A stretch of DNA of 59,100 bases, the filler included, from Sphacelaria rigidula (Eukaryota): the NCBI GenBank assembly GCA_964200075.2. It is 9 parts of 9 records of this genome, joined end to end, with 100 filler letters (N's around TTAATTAATTAA, not from the genome) between each part and the next. Parts side by side here need not be neighbours in the genome. Positions count along the whole stretch, not along the records: positions 32,892 to 39,369 come from CAXNAA020019844.1; positions 39,470 to 45,946 come from CAXNAA020019845.1; positions 46,047 to 52,523 come from CAXNAA020019846.1; 6 more parts are not named here. One strand, given 5' to 3'. The stretch's first letter is position 1; each line of letters opens with the position of its first letter. The notes beneath the pieces were generated by a model, which saw only the letters and a program-made list of their open reading frames with translations, made no database searches and was not told the origin of the DNA. Made by a program: the position numbers and the translations under genes. This document shows positions 35,486-47,964 of this stretch, one piece after another.

Positions 35486-38081
35486 GGGGGAAGAACCCTC
35501 GGTTTTCGTTGGGCAGGCGGTATGACCGCCGCTACCGCACTTCATTGGCTGACGCTTTTCGATCGGTTGACGCGTGCTCCCCCTACCGTAGTCCTAGGCC
35601 ATGCAGTTGACGAACGGGCTGTGGCGCTTTCAGAAATCGGAGCTTTGCCGTACGACGCTTTTATACTTCGGATGTGAAATGTCTGGCGGGAGGAGTCACC
35701 GGCACCGTCCGCTTTTGCGGTCTACCAGTGTGGAGAGGTTGCTTGAGTGTGATGTAGACCGCCATTTTTTTCGTCTCAAATATGGCAGAATCTTGAGCCT
35801 AATATGCGCAATTATTTTTGTCAGCGTTGAAAAAACGGAGGTGGGAGGCTCATATTGGAGAATTACTTTGTGCATGGTCGGAAGAAAGTGATCCTCACAG
35901 TGGGTCAAATAGTGGGCATGGGTCGTTCAAAACGACGCTGCCGATATGAGCGCCTTTGTCCCACACGCGAGCGGGCATACTCGCCCTCCCCCTCTCCTAT
36001 CCTACGATGTTTTGTCCAATCCTCCTGGTTTTGTGTTTCCTTTTCCCGGAAAATCTAGTGAGCTCGGCTTGGCGTCTTGCGTACACTCGGTAGGGTTAGA
36101 TTTGTTTGATCTGTCTCTGTATATAGGGGGGTACTCCGCAGTAGCGTTCATTGTGACTCTGTAGCACCTTTTTTTATTTTGTGATAGTGGTGTGTCTCCG
36201 TGTCTCGGGAGAACGGGCGCATGCTTAGGCCTGCGCAGCTAGACATGATCGACCTTCTGTGTGTGTGTGTGTTTGCGTGCGTTCGGGTGAGAATGCATCC
36301 TTGGTTGTTGTTGCTGTCGTTGATCCAGCATTTCGCCAGGAGGCCAACATCTGTCTCTCCTGCTGGAAGGTGGGTGGGGCAGGCAGTAAATGACACGCGT
36401 GTTGGTGATTTGCGTACCGGTTCCCTCGTAGGGCTGTTTGCCAGCTTTATGTGCGACACCCCCCTGTGGCTGCGGTGCCGTAGCATACGCGCATAGGCCT
36501 CGATTGGTGATTTTCGCGTGAAGATTTTGCTCGGGATGGGGCGGACAAGGAGCACACGGTACTCGGTTTTTGTCGTTCGCAGGAAAAATAACGGTTCGTA
36601 GCTAGAAGCCTTCTTCAGGTGATGACATTGGATTGTTGTTGACGTGTTGAGCACCAAAAAGTACGTTTTGTGGTGGGTTGTCAAAAAGACGAGAGGGAAT
36701 GTAATATGAGCGCTCAAGGCTGCTTATCCACTCAGTACTTTTACCGAGGCGCAAACCTTCTTTTTTTTCGGGGGAGAGAACGGGGGGGGGGGTAGGGGGG
36801 CTGGAAAAAATACAGTTCGGCATGATGGCTAGTACTACTACTACTACTACAACCACTGCTATACTACGGCGGCGACGGCGAGTATCATGTCGACTCTTTT
36901 CTTTAACGAAAATTGAAGAGAAAAAAAAAGTTTTTCGCTGTGTGCGTGTTGCGTATACCACGTTCGCCACATGATTTTTGAAGGGAAAAGTATTTTGCTC
37001 GGAGGGGGAGAGAGAGGGAGGGGGGGGGGGGTGATGAATGAAGTAGCTGTTGCCTTTTCATTTCCCTCGGGAGTGGAGGCAAGTGCATTTGGTGATTTTT
37101 GTCTTTGCGGCGTGCTATTAGAGTCTTCGTTACATGGACACTTGGCTTTCCCCCTCTTGTCCCTGTTTTTTTTTCCCCCCGGATGCGATGGCTTTTTTTG
37201 TGGAGCGTCAGATGTGGTACGTGCATGCGTGAAAGCGCTCGAAGAACGTACCTGGTTATGTCGTCTAGCCGCACTACTGCCAGTTTTCGTAATGCGGTTT
37301 ATTTATCGCAAGCTTGCTTTTTGCCTGGCCGTCATCTGGGATCTGATTTTTATCACCACTGCCAAGACGCGGAATAGTGAGCATTCTATGTATCATACTG
37401 AAAGCTTGAATGTGAAGATGGATATTCTTGTGAGGCGGAAGGGAGATACGGCCGTATGGGGCTGTTAATAATGGATGCCATCGTGGAGAACAAACGCTGC
37501 CGCTCAATATCATTAACTCTGAGAGATCGTCTCGACTTTTGAAGCTGTCGTGTCCCTCTTGTCGGTAAATTGTATTGGTGCAACTGTACAATTTTTTTTG
37601 TCCTTTGTTTTTTTTTGGAAAGAAATGTTCGGTCGAAGGATTGCATTCAAATCCTAGCCCGTGAAGTGTGTAAAGATATCATATATATATATAAGTATAT
37701 ACGGGTACGATACGATATTGTGCGCTGAATTGTGCGCAACGAAACGAAATAAAAATAGTGGGGCAAAGAGAAGATATAAGAATAAATAAATGGGACTGTT
37801 GCGCCTGCGTCGTTATGGCTGACAACAGAGAGGGGAAAAATGATTAAAAAGAGGAGGCGTAAACGGGGGGGGGGGAAATGATCGAAAACTGGAGCCCTGT
37901 ATGTAAAGCAAAAAGAGGCATGGGTGAGATTGGCGGAGGGGAGGGGAGGGGGTGAGAGTGAGCGATAGGGGAGAACGTGAGACGGTGGCGATGTACTGTA
38001 CAACATTTTCGTTTTTGTGTGTCCGCATTGGCATGTACAAAATTCAGGAGGATCGCGTTAAGGACGAGGGAGCTTGTTCAT

Positions 38082-38190
38082 ATAGTAGTAGCAGTAGTAG
38101 TAGTGCAAAATTGAGGGCCTGCCGAAAGGCGGTACGCTCGTGCGCTGTCCAGGTCCAGGGGCCGAGAGTATAGCCGAGGCTGGGATGGAA
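38082..38190 (-). repeat. Probable retroposon 3' end with (CTA)n tail
   Basis: A (TAG)n run at 38082-38104 abuts GCAAAATTGAGGG..GGTCCAGGGGCCGAGAGTATAGCCGAGG. Single copy here, so the call rests on structure only. Confidence 0.3.
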
Positions 38191-39369
38191 CGCGGTCATG
38201 TACTTGCGCAGGCCGGCTAGTCAATGTTGTTGCGCGATGAACCAGGATTCATGATGGTGATTCACGGTGAACGCTGGGAGGAATTGATGAGTCGACAAAA
38301 AACACCGTTTCTTGTGTTTGTGTAGGGGTAGTGAGTGGGTAGGCTTGGAAAAAACTACTAGTATTTTTTTGTTGCCTGTGTGTTTTCCTTCCGCGTGCTC
38401 TTCGGCGCTTACGCTTTTGCCCTCTACTCTCCCATTGTTGCATGTTTTTTGGAACATGACAAATACCTATGTGGATGGGGTGGGTAGTATTTTTGTACTC
38501 TGCAGTTGTGTCGTCGCCATCATCGTCTGTAGCGACGGCGTCAAAAGTTGTGGAATAGTATTGATAAGCAGCAGGTCGATCTACGGGTAGGCCTTGTGTT
38601 TTCGTCTTTTCGGGTCTGAGAAATGAACAGTTGTCGTGACAAACGGCGAGTACTAGAGTGATGCTTGTAGCACCAACTAACACTGGTGCTCGATGTCGGA
38701 TCTCATGCTGGAATAATTAATAGTGACAACGAGCCAAAGGACGAGTCATCGCCGGTTTGAATCACAGGGAGATCTGCGTTTTCTGCGGCCTGGTTGCTCG
38801 AAACAGGTTGAAAACGTTCACCACGGGAGTGATGCCACGGTAGGGATGCACAAATATTTTCTGAGCTTAGAATCGCTAGGAGCCCTTTCTTTAATCCAAA
38901 ACACGAGTTATGAAATATGTGAGAGAAAGCCATGATTACTATTCCAATGTGCTACTCGTAGAGACATCCCGAATACAATTTGCAAGCGGGGATGCCCTGA
39001 TTCATGTTCTTGTGCATCTGGGATCGTTAGGAGCCCCTCGACTAACAAGATTTCGCGAAAAAAGCGCACCGCTACAGTAGCATTGCTCATGAATTCAAGA
39101 AGCCTCTCGCGCCAACTTTGCCCCATCCCACGTGCCTAGGGTGCGCGGACCTGAGGTGCCACGCTGAGAACAAGCCCAAGGATTGGTTCGTACGGGTAGG
39201 CTAAAATCGAGTGATTTTCAAGATGAGTCATTAATCCTTCAACCCTCGCAACGAACGGTGAACAAACGGATCCTCTGCGGGGTGATGCTGCGATAGCCCC
39301 CCCCCCCCCCCCCCCCCCCCCCCGGCCCACGAACACGCCCCCACCCGCCACAACACCACCACCGCCCCA

Positions 39370-39469
39370 NNNNNNNNNNNNNNNNNNNNNNNNNNNNNNN
39401 NNNNNNNNNNNNNTTAATTAATTAANNNNNNNNNNNNNNNNNNNNNNNNNNNNNNNNNNNNNNNNNNNN
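39370..39469. other. Artificial contig spacer 6
   Basis: N44-TTAATTAATTAA-N44. Confidence 0.99.
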
Positions 39470-39547
39470 GGGTAAAAAACTACGTCTGTGACCACGGGTT
39501 CGCGAGATCGGACTAATGTGCGGAAATAATAATAATAATAATAATAA
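39470..39547 (+). mobile_element. Retroposon 3' end with (TAA)n tail
   Basis: CTACGTCTGTGACCACGGGTTCGCGAGATCGGACTAATGTGCGGAAA-(TAA)n, matching 32713-32791. Confidence 0.7.
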
Positions 39548-40889
39548 AGAGGTCAGGGCCGGGCTACCGTACAGTTAGTTGTACCGACGACTTCCGCCGA
39601 TCCCCACAATACAATACCCCTCACTTGCACTGTAGTTTTTTACCCCGCGCGGGTTGCGCATCGACGGAGCTTAACCCCTACCTCTCGTGTTCCATACGAT
39701 TATACTTGAGAGAAGCGGGTGTGGTTTGCAAACACCGATGTACCCCCCAAAAGGCTTTGGGCACGAGTGGGACGGGCAGTGATCACCGATGACGTCCCGC
39801 GAGTGTTTTTTTTTTTCTTCTGTGGAATCTTGCTGTTTCTGTACACGACCGGTATGGTACTCCGCACTAGTAGTCTTCATCGTGGATGGTACGGCCTCCT
39901 TGGTCATCCACTGCACTTCTGGGGCTCGTGGTGGCGCGATTGGTGTTTTTATTTTTTGATTCACCAACCGCTGGTACACACGCGGCTGTTTTGGTCGGGT
40001 TGTGGTCCTTTTGGCGCCCACAGCCCGTGCATCTCCTCTACGATGATATCCAAGAGTATGACGATGAGTGAAATTGTCAATATACTGTCTGGCCGATGGG
40101 TGAAGGTCCTGGGGGTAGGTCGTGCGACGTTGGGTTGCTCGTAAAGTTTGATATTCACGGCTTTTTGTGGGTTTCGAGTGTGGTTTTTTGGTAAGTGGAA
40201 GAGAAAGGTAGAGTGTGCGTGTCGTCGTCCGTGGCTGTCACCGGCTTTATGTGCGGTTTTTACGCGTAAAATACTTTTGAGATTCGCCCTGTACTGTGTA
40301 GCAGTGCAGCGAGTGTGCGGAGCTGGTGGGTTGCTCGAGGCGTGGACGTTTCGGCACGCGTGTTACGGTTACTATTCGCTCCTTGCGTCCAAGAAAGCAG
40401 TGCTTTTTGCGGCGAGAGCCACGACGGTTGCTTTTTTGTCGGGAATGCTTCTCACAGCCGACGCTGCTGCACGTTGGCCTGAGATCAAGTTTATTGATGC
40501 AGTTTGAATCGTGGTATGGCGAGTATCCGGTTATTGTTGGAAGACCGAGGTTGTACGCGTAGTCATTGAGGCAAAGGCAACTGATTAAGGCGCTTTGTGG
40601 GCATGGTATATTGCTCACGTGCCCGTGTACGATACCGGCCTGTTGACCGAGGTAGGTGCGCAGTCGGTACACTTGCGTCACGTCCGTGAGCCCCCCCCCC
40701 CTTCCCCACTTGTTTTTCACAACGGTTTTTCCGGTGCCGACCACGGAGGTTTGCACGTCGCTTACATGTAAAATATCGCCATATTTGGAAATATTGTCCT
40801 CACTGCACCGTCCTAACCATAACCGCATAACTCGGTGTCTGCCATATCCCTGCCTTCTCCCCCAACCCCTCCTTCTACGCACGTGTCAG

Positions 40890-42962
40890 AACTCCGACGT
40901 CGGCTCCGGTGCGGGAAGTGCCTCTCCTAGGGGAGGGGCTGAAGCGCCGCCAGGCCTCGCCCCTCTTGGTGAGGACGAGGAAGCGGACCTGCCGGGGCTC
41001 ATCGGGGGCGTGGCTTCACGGGGTTCGACCGGGCAGGTCGCTTTCCCTCTGGACTTTGATGCTGGGCGAAAAGGCTCTGACTCTGATGATAGCGCCAACA
41101 GCAGCAAGACACGGGGCGGCGGCAGCCTTGGTACCAAGTCCGGGTCGACTTCACTGCTCTCCATACTCTCGGCATCGCCCAGATCGCTCTCCACCGCGCA
41201 GAACTCTGCGGGGGGTTCGCCGCGGACACCGTTGTCGGATCACTCGTTGGAGACGCGGCGCGACAGCGCTGGTAGTAGCGGTGGTGTGAGAGGCGCTGCT
41301 GCCCGCAGGACCAATTCAGCGCAAGTGGGCGCTGATCTGGACGGACAAAATTGCGTGGGCTCTGTTGCCGAGGATGGCAGGAGGTCAGTCCCCGTGTCGG
41401 CGACTGCGGTGGTCGCTGCTGCCTCGGAAACGGCGAAAAACCGATTCGGCGTTCCTGACGTGATCACCGCTGTCGATGATCATAGCGTGTCGTCCTCGAA
41501 TCCAACCCCGCTCTACTCGATCGAGCACGACGATGAAGATCTTCCCTCGGAGCACCCCACCCCGTTGTCCACCGCCGGCAATCTCGATCGCCGAAAAACG
41601 TTTTCACGCGAGCAGCGGAGTCAACCCTCGTCTGCGACGGCAAAAACGAGGCACTCCCCTGCTCAGCCCCGCGTACGGGGTGTTGAATCGTCATCTTTCA
41701 AGGATAGGTTGAAGTACTGGAGCGGCGGGGGAGCCACCGACAGTAAGAGCAGCCCGAGAAGTAGTGTTGGAAGTGGAAGAAATAGCGTTTCGACGAAGAA
41801 GCCGGCGACCACCGATCGTGAGCACCTTCAGCCGGAGACTTCTCCAGCCGAGCGGCGTGGCTTGCCGGTGGCGCCCATTCACGATTCGTCTGAAGAACCG
41901 TCGCCGGCCGACTTCGTTTCCGCCGGTACCGGCTGGCGCGAGCGATCAAGCGGCGGCGCCACGCTATCCGTTCCACAGACAGATGACGAAGTCAAACCGA
42001 TTCCTAGCCCTAGCCCCGGTAGACATTTTGATGGTGCACAGCCTCACTCTCGCAGCGGTCTCCCTGCGCGCGGCGACAGAGTATTCTTCGACGCGACTTC
42101 AGACAGCGTTTTGAAGGGCGGTCAATTACCGCAGCCCGCGACTTCTAAACCTAGCAGTGGCGGTGACGGCGGCGAAGGCCGTGGTGGTTTGATTGTTGAC
42201 GTCACGGTTCCTTCCTCGAGCAAAGTCGACCAGGCACCGACATCAGCGGGTTCCTCCGCGCGGAGATCTCCGTTCGTGGAAACCGTCGACCACGAGGACA
42301 AGCTGATCGACGAGATGTTCCCCGTAGATGATGACGAAGGCGAAGAGTACTCGGACGAAGCAGAATCGGAAATGGATTGGGAGGCCAACTCCACCGACGA
42401 GCAAAAGGTCGAAGAAAAAGAAACAGAAAAGTCGATAAGGTTGGCGGGTGCAACGGCCGCCCTACGGGGCGGCGACATGAAGCGAAGCTCATCAGTAGCG
42501 CAACTACGAGACGAACCGCAGCTACCGATACCGCCACCACCGCAGGAACAAGCGCAGCGACCGCCCGCGAACGAGTCGGTGGCCCCGTACTCCTCAATTA
42601 CTACTGGCCGTGTGGTTGCGGCACCTCCAGCGCGTCCGTCTCCTGCGACGTCAGGACGGTCCCTCCCGCCGCCGCCCAGGTACATGGCGATTGTGGATGC
42701 GGCTTCGGGGCACTCGGCGCTGAATTCGTCCACGTCGGAGCACGACACGTCTCCTTCTGAGGATGACGGCGATATGATGGCCGAGATCCTGACCGACCGC
42801 TTAATGGAGGTTGCCAGCAAGATGGACGCGGCGGTGCCGGCGGCGGCCGACGACATCAGTGACGGTGAAGGGCAACCGGGGCGAAGAAATTCCGTGGGTG
42901 GCAAAATCGCGGCGGCGGTCCTTCGGCGTAGGATGTCGAACCGAAGTTTCAGCAGGGATATG
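40890..42962 (+). CDS. 2073-nt internal exon (691 aa) of a low-complexity, probably disordered protein
   Basis: Pyrimidine tract, tgtcAG| at 40889, donor ATG|GTGAGT at 42963, phase 0 at both ends. The frame is uninterrupted and GC-rich (NSDVGSGAGS...RRMSNRSFSRDM) within ORF 40656..43037. No folded domain recognised. Confidence 0.85.
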
Positions 42963-43154
42963 GTGAGTTCTGGTCTTTTTTTACTTTTCTTGCGTTTGTT
43001 CGCTTGCGTTTTTTTTTTTAATCTCGATTCAGTTTAGAGGCATGAGCCCAAAGTCCTCCCATCCAGATAATCAGTATGCTTCGGGCCGGACAACCTTAGC
43101 AGGAGGCATTTCACCCTTCATGCAATTCATTGAACACACCACGGAGCTTCGCGC

Positions 43155-43283
43155 TTGGTGATTGACTGCGAGCCTGGTCCGGCGAAAGCCCCGCATGCTC
43201 CATCTCGGCTTAGTAGGAATGCGAGGTCAATGGTCATATGACTACGGCATGCAGGATCATGAGTACACCCCCCACCTCCCCCA
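43155..43283 (-). mobile_element. Second copy of the G-run-headed SINE-like element
   Basis: AGCCTGGTCCGGCGAAAGCCCCGCATGCTCC..GCGAGGTCAATGGTCATA..TGCAGGATCATGAGTACACCCCCC is colinear with 31712-31815. The tail is reduced to TGATTGA. A head fragment also lies at 46047-46076. Confidence 0.7.
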
Positions 43284-43849
43284 CACCGTAGCATAACTCT
43301 AACGTCTTGACGTTTTCACTGATGGAAGTCGGATAGATACACTGAGGAAAAAATCAAATTAGCCGCATCTGGCGAGGATGTCAAATACGTGTGTTTTCCG
43401 ACCTAAAGGTGTCAGTTATACCATTAACCACCGCGGCGCGGCGGCTGCTTTCGTCATGATTTCCGAACATTTTCGTGAATATCTGAAATCGCTTTGGTTC
43501 TCCTGGTGTGCTTGATCACTTCACTTCCCGTGTATTTAGTTTGATATGTGCCCGGAAGAAGCGCCTCTATGCTCGCGAACAACTATCTGACGTCATGGGC
43601 TTGCTCTGACTACACTTCTACAGATTGTGGCATGTTCGTTATGTGGAGGAAACTGTGAGGGAATATGAAGCAAGTTTTTTTTCAATCTCAACGCTTTACT
43701 GTAATCAGACTATGGGCTTCTTCATGCTCATCATCCAGAATTCACTCATCCGCAGAACTTATTGTCGTTTTTTGGAGTTAGACTCTGAAGCTTAGCATGC
43801 ATGTACAATGGGTAATCACGAAACTTCTAAAGATCGGGGTCTTGCAATT

Positions 43850-44735
43850 TTTTTCACCTCTTATCGAGGGTCCCAGGGTCCTGGCGTGTCACGCGCCCTT
43901 GTGATACTGCCGATAACCGGCGAGAAAAAAATTAAAATACCCCAATATTTGAAGTTTCGTAATGATACACAGTTTATGTACCCAAAGTGTCAGAGTCTTG
44001 ACTGCAAAAAATGGCGTTGAGTTTTGCGCTTTGTGCCAGTATGTGAGCTTGAAACGTACACAACTTCAACTATTTACACTTGACTTTAGTAATACATCCA
44101 CCTTTTCGGGTGCGTTGATTATTGATTGTGAAAAGGACCCCATTTCACCAATTTTCCGAGTTCCGCAACGATTCTTCTACAATTATTCCTTGGACTACCC
44201 CCGGACGCGTACAATTTCTTCCTGCGTTGGGGCATTCTGTACGGGCTCCAGGGGTCTCCACGCGGAGACCCCCGGGAGCATGTAAAGAGCTGAGAAACCC
44301 TTGGAAATACTAGTCAAGAAAATATGTTTTTTTATTTGGAGCACCAAAACCTCCCGAACTGCCGGGGTTGCAGGGCGGTCTGACTTTCTGTAAATGGATA
44401 CAAAGAAACTGTAAAGCTGTCATGATGTTTTCGGGTCTTTGATATATCAGTGAAAATCCGAATATGCCAAATCCCCGCATCGCCGGAATCCCACGTCATG
44501 CGTATATAACTCGATCCCATAAGAACCGTTTTTGAATCCATTTTCTCTGTCATATCCACAAGCTGATGATGGCCATTACTACGACTTGAACCATGTGCAG
44601 ATAGATACTGTGTTGGTAATTCGTATTTCACTTTCGGAGAAATTCGGAGGGCGCTAATTTGTCGAGGCACTTGCGTTGGCCCTCAGCGCCACTATTACAC
44701 CATGGCGCTCGACAAAAAATCCGGCTCTGCCACCT
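43850..44735 (-). mobile_element. Reverse, diverged copy of the 49215-50339 family
   Basis: The reverse complement of 44330-44735 is colinear with 49328-49730 (GGTG.CA.AGCC.GATTTTT..GTGGCGCT..CTCGAC.AAT.AGCGCCCT..TCCGAAA). The left boundary is approximate. Confidence 0.6.
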
Positions 44736-45067
44736 TCTTCAGTTGTTCAACGCGGTCAGTTTAATACCAAGTATGCGACTGCTGGGTAGGTACGTACCGC
44801 GAATGGCACTTGGTGATGAGGGATTTCGGGTGATCGTTGTGAAGAAGCCTGTATAGCGGTCCAGACACGCCTCAGTCAGGGTTGTGCTCAAGAAGATATT
44901 TTTGTTTACAACATCTTATTCCGTACGCTGCTGTCCCCCGAGTGGTATAGAAGGTTTTTGTTGAACCGGTCCCGGCGAAATTGAGGAGGGTTCGAAGCCA
45001 AGCATACACGTTTTTTTTTTTCATACATACGAACTGGGCCAGCCGAGAAGCGATTCTGCGCTTTACA

Positions 45068-45336
45068 GGCCCATTATACCGCCAATATTTACAGTTGGAC
45101 ACTGAAATTTGGTATGGGCAATGAATATGGCATGAAAAAAAATTTACCAGTGCACACATTTTTTTTTTTCATGAGTTAAGGGCAATAATCAGTTTTCAGA
45201 TATCGGTAAAAATGCCCCTAACTCATGAGAAAAAAAAAAGATCCTTGTGCGCACTGGTGATTTTCTTATAATGCCCTATTCATTGTCCATACCAAATTTC
45301 AGGGCCCAACGCGAAGTATTGGCCATATAATGGGCC
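45068..45336. mobile_element. Foldback/MITE-like palindrome
   Basis: GGCCCATTATA..CTGAAATTTGGTATGGGCAATGAATA..ACCAGTGCACACA..TTTTTCATGAGTTAAGGGCA pairs with TGCCCCTAACTCATGAGAAAA..TGTGCGCACTGGT..TATTCATTGTCCATACCAAATTTCAG..TATAATGGGCC. Confidence 0.85.
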
Positions 45337-45946
45337 GTTTGGTGAAGGGGTCAGAAGAAAATCGGAACAATATTTGGCAGGCCACTTACCGGCCCACGTT
45401 TGGTGTTTGTGTATTGAAACTTTGTGTGGGCCGTGGCTAGGGCATAATTGAAACAAAGTGGGTCAGGTTAATTTTTTCTTATTTTTTCACTAGTTCAGGG
45501 AGTTTCAGTATGGAAACTGCCATTGTTTCACGAGAGCGCCCGAACCTGTCCCAATAAAAACAAAAAACTGATAACCCATTTTTTTCTCTAGTCAGCACAC
45601 CGCTGTGGTTCTTGACCCTGAGTTTTAAATTACAATTCTAAAAATTGAGCTAAAAAACTGAGATAAGACCCAAAAGCAGTGTTCATTTCTCCTCAGAACT
45701 GTCCCAAAAACCCGAAAAAAATGAAAGAATTGAAAAAGCTGTGTTAATAAGCTTTATTATGCACTAGTGGTTTTCCATACGAAATTATATAGCTATAACT
45801 CTCAGAAACTGAGACACGATATCCAGGTTCAGCTAATCTAGAGCATCTGCTCGTAATATAGTGATTTGAGTATGGAAAATTATGTGCGCCATATCTCGAG
45901 ATAGATTACGAATTAGGTGAAGGTGAGGGTATCTATCGTCTCCCCG

Positions 45947-46046
45947 NNNNNNNNNNNNNNNNNNNNNNNNNNNNNNNNNNNNNNNNNNNNTTAATTAATT
46001 AANNNNNNNNNNNNNNNNNNNNNNNNNNNNNNNNNNNNNNNNNNNN
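45947..46046. other. Artificial contig spacer 7
   Basis: N44-TTAATTAATTAA-N44. Confidence 0.99.
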
Positions 46047-46565
46047 CATGATCATGAGTACACCCCCCCCCCCCCACTCCGCGGCACGATCTCGGCACGA
46101 GTTGGTGGTTCGAAGGGATCATCTCGATCATCTCCTTGTACTGTTTCTGGTCCAATATCGCATCAATGCCGCATAAACACGGTGCCTAGTACTACTGTGG
46201 ACTGTGGCTACCTCCAAAGGCGTCTGGTGTCTTGCGTGATACAATAGGTGGCGTGGCATGCCTTGAACGATCGGGCACACATGTCCGTCGGTTGTGCCCG
46301 AGAGTGCAACGAAAACCCGGCTTGGCTGCTCAACCATGTTATAGGACAACAGTCAAACTTGGAACTTGTTATTGTACGTGTTTGTTGCGCTATTATCGTG
46401 ATCGCTGATGATATTTTGGGTGTTTTAGACAAGACCACTGTACGGTGCTGACTATTTTGCTTGATATAACTTCCGGTACTGGCGTTCGATGCACTTGCCG
46501 GCAAGAGAATGCGCGGGGATAAAGCCGTGTGTGCCATTTCCGAACCTTTCACGAACCTTTCCACA

Positions 46566-46941
46566 CGTCAGACGAGTCATTACTCGTCGAAACGAGTGCA
46601 CTCGTGGATGTTGTTTGAAAATACAACGAGCATGACTCGTGTGCTCGAATCGTTACTTTTTATTACAACGAGCAATGACTCGAGTGCTTGCCCTATCAAC
46701 TTTTTCCACAACGAGCAATGACTCGAGTTCTTGCCCTCTTAGTTTTCCCACAGCGAGCAATGATTCGAGCGCTCGCCCTATTAATATCTTTCCACAACGA
46801 GAAATGACTCGAGTGCTCGCCGTATTAACTTTTTCCACAAAGAGTAATGACTTGAGTGCTCGCCCTATTAATTTTCACGGCCAACGAGCAGCCTAATGAG
46901 TGCGAGTGCCACGAGTCATACTCGTGCTCGTCCGTCTGACG
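46566..46941. repeat. About 43-bp minisatellite (six units) bounded by short inverted termini
   Basis: Unit AACGAGCAATGACTCGAGTGCTCGCCCTATTAACTTTTCCAC, six degenerate copies at about 46625-46890. Ends are CGTCAGACG (46566) and CGTCTGACG (46933-46941). Confidence 0.85.
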
Positions 46942-47925
46942 ACCCCACATTTCGGCGAGAGTATAACGTGTTAAACCATATTTCGGGCGGAAAGTCGTCA
47001 GTCCGAAATCGTCAGCCTAGAGATCCCCGGCCCCATAAGCACTTGGCGGTATGTATGTTTCTTGGGAGCGAGCGAAGTCCTGAGTATTCGATTGAAAGTT
47101 TTTAACCCCTAAACGCCAGGGTAGGTCATATCTCGAACCGGCATGGTCCTGATCTGAAAAATAAAGTCAAGACCCAGATGACCCACGCTGGCGGTGGTGG
47201 GGGTGAGTCATGTGTGTCATTGTTCGTTTGGAATGACGAATGCGCAGGAAGATCTGAAACGGACCGGTCGGTGCTTGGAATGCTGTTCCTGATATTATGG
47301 TATAGTACGTCACTAGCATCGCTTATCTACCATTCGACCGCCGGTATAGATCATCTGCTGAATCGACATGCATTTCACTTGAAAAATTAGTTCATGGCTC
47401 GGATGACCTACCCTCATAGTCAGAGATTCATTGGCGCTGGGAGCTAGGTGGGCGGGTGCGTTGGCAAACGCTCGAAGCGGCGGCCTGAACGGCCAGCCAG
47501 ATCCCCGATTGAGTGCTGGCATTTGCAGTGTTGAAGTGAGCGATGACGCGATAGTCCCCCTCCCCTCCCCCCCGAGAGTGATGGCTGGTTTGAGGAGGCA
47601 CAATCTACATATGAATCAAAATGGCAGAAGCCGATTACACCAAGCAACTGGGAACTCTGACGCTTGGGATCGTTTTTGCCAATCTCGCCTGTATGAGGCG
47701 CTTTATGCCATCTGAACCCAGCTATCATGCGCTGCTTGGCCACTTGCTTCGTGACAATTTTGGGGCTGGTTTGGGGGGAGCTGTCCCGACATCACTCAAT
47801 CAGTCTTTGAAACCTGGGGGGGGGGGGGGGGGGGGCGTTCCCTTTTTGTTTTTTGGTCTGGTTTTTAAAACTGGGGGGGGGGCGGGGGGGGTCCCCACCC
47901 CTCTTTNNNNNNNNNNTTTTGTGTT

Positions 47926-47964
<39 letters not shown>

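Noticed and set aside
42122..42904. Antisense ORFs (260 aa here, 175 aa at 34609..35136)
   Set aside because: These are shadows of GC-rich coding exons on the opposite strand.
34262..42962. Joining the two large low-complexity exons into one gene (compatible phase 0, similar composition)
   Set aside because: They are on different contigs that are adjacent only because of length sorting.
46625..46890. CRISPR-like array
   Set aside because: The would-be spacers are short and homologous to each other, there are no cas genes, and the context is eukaryotic. It is a tandem repeat.
47101..47192. piggyBac-like TTAA-CCC start with a small inverted repeat
   Set aside because: No matching GGG-TTAA end nearby, and too short to call.
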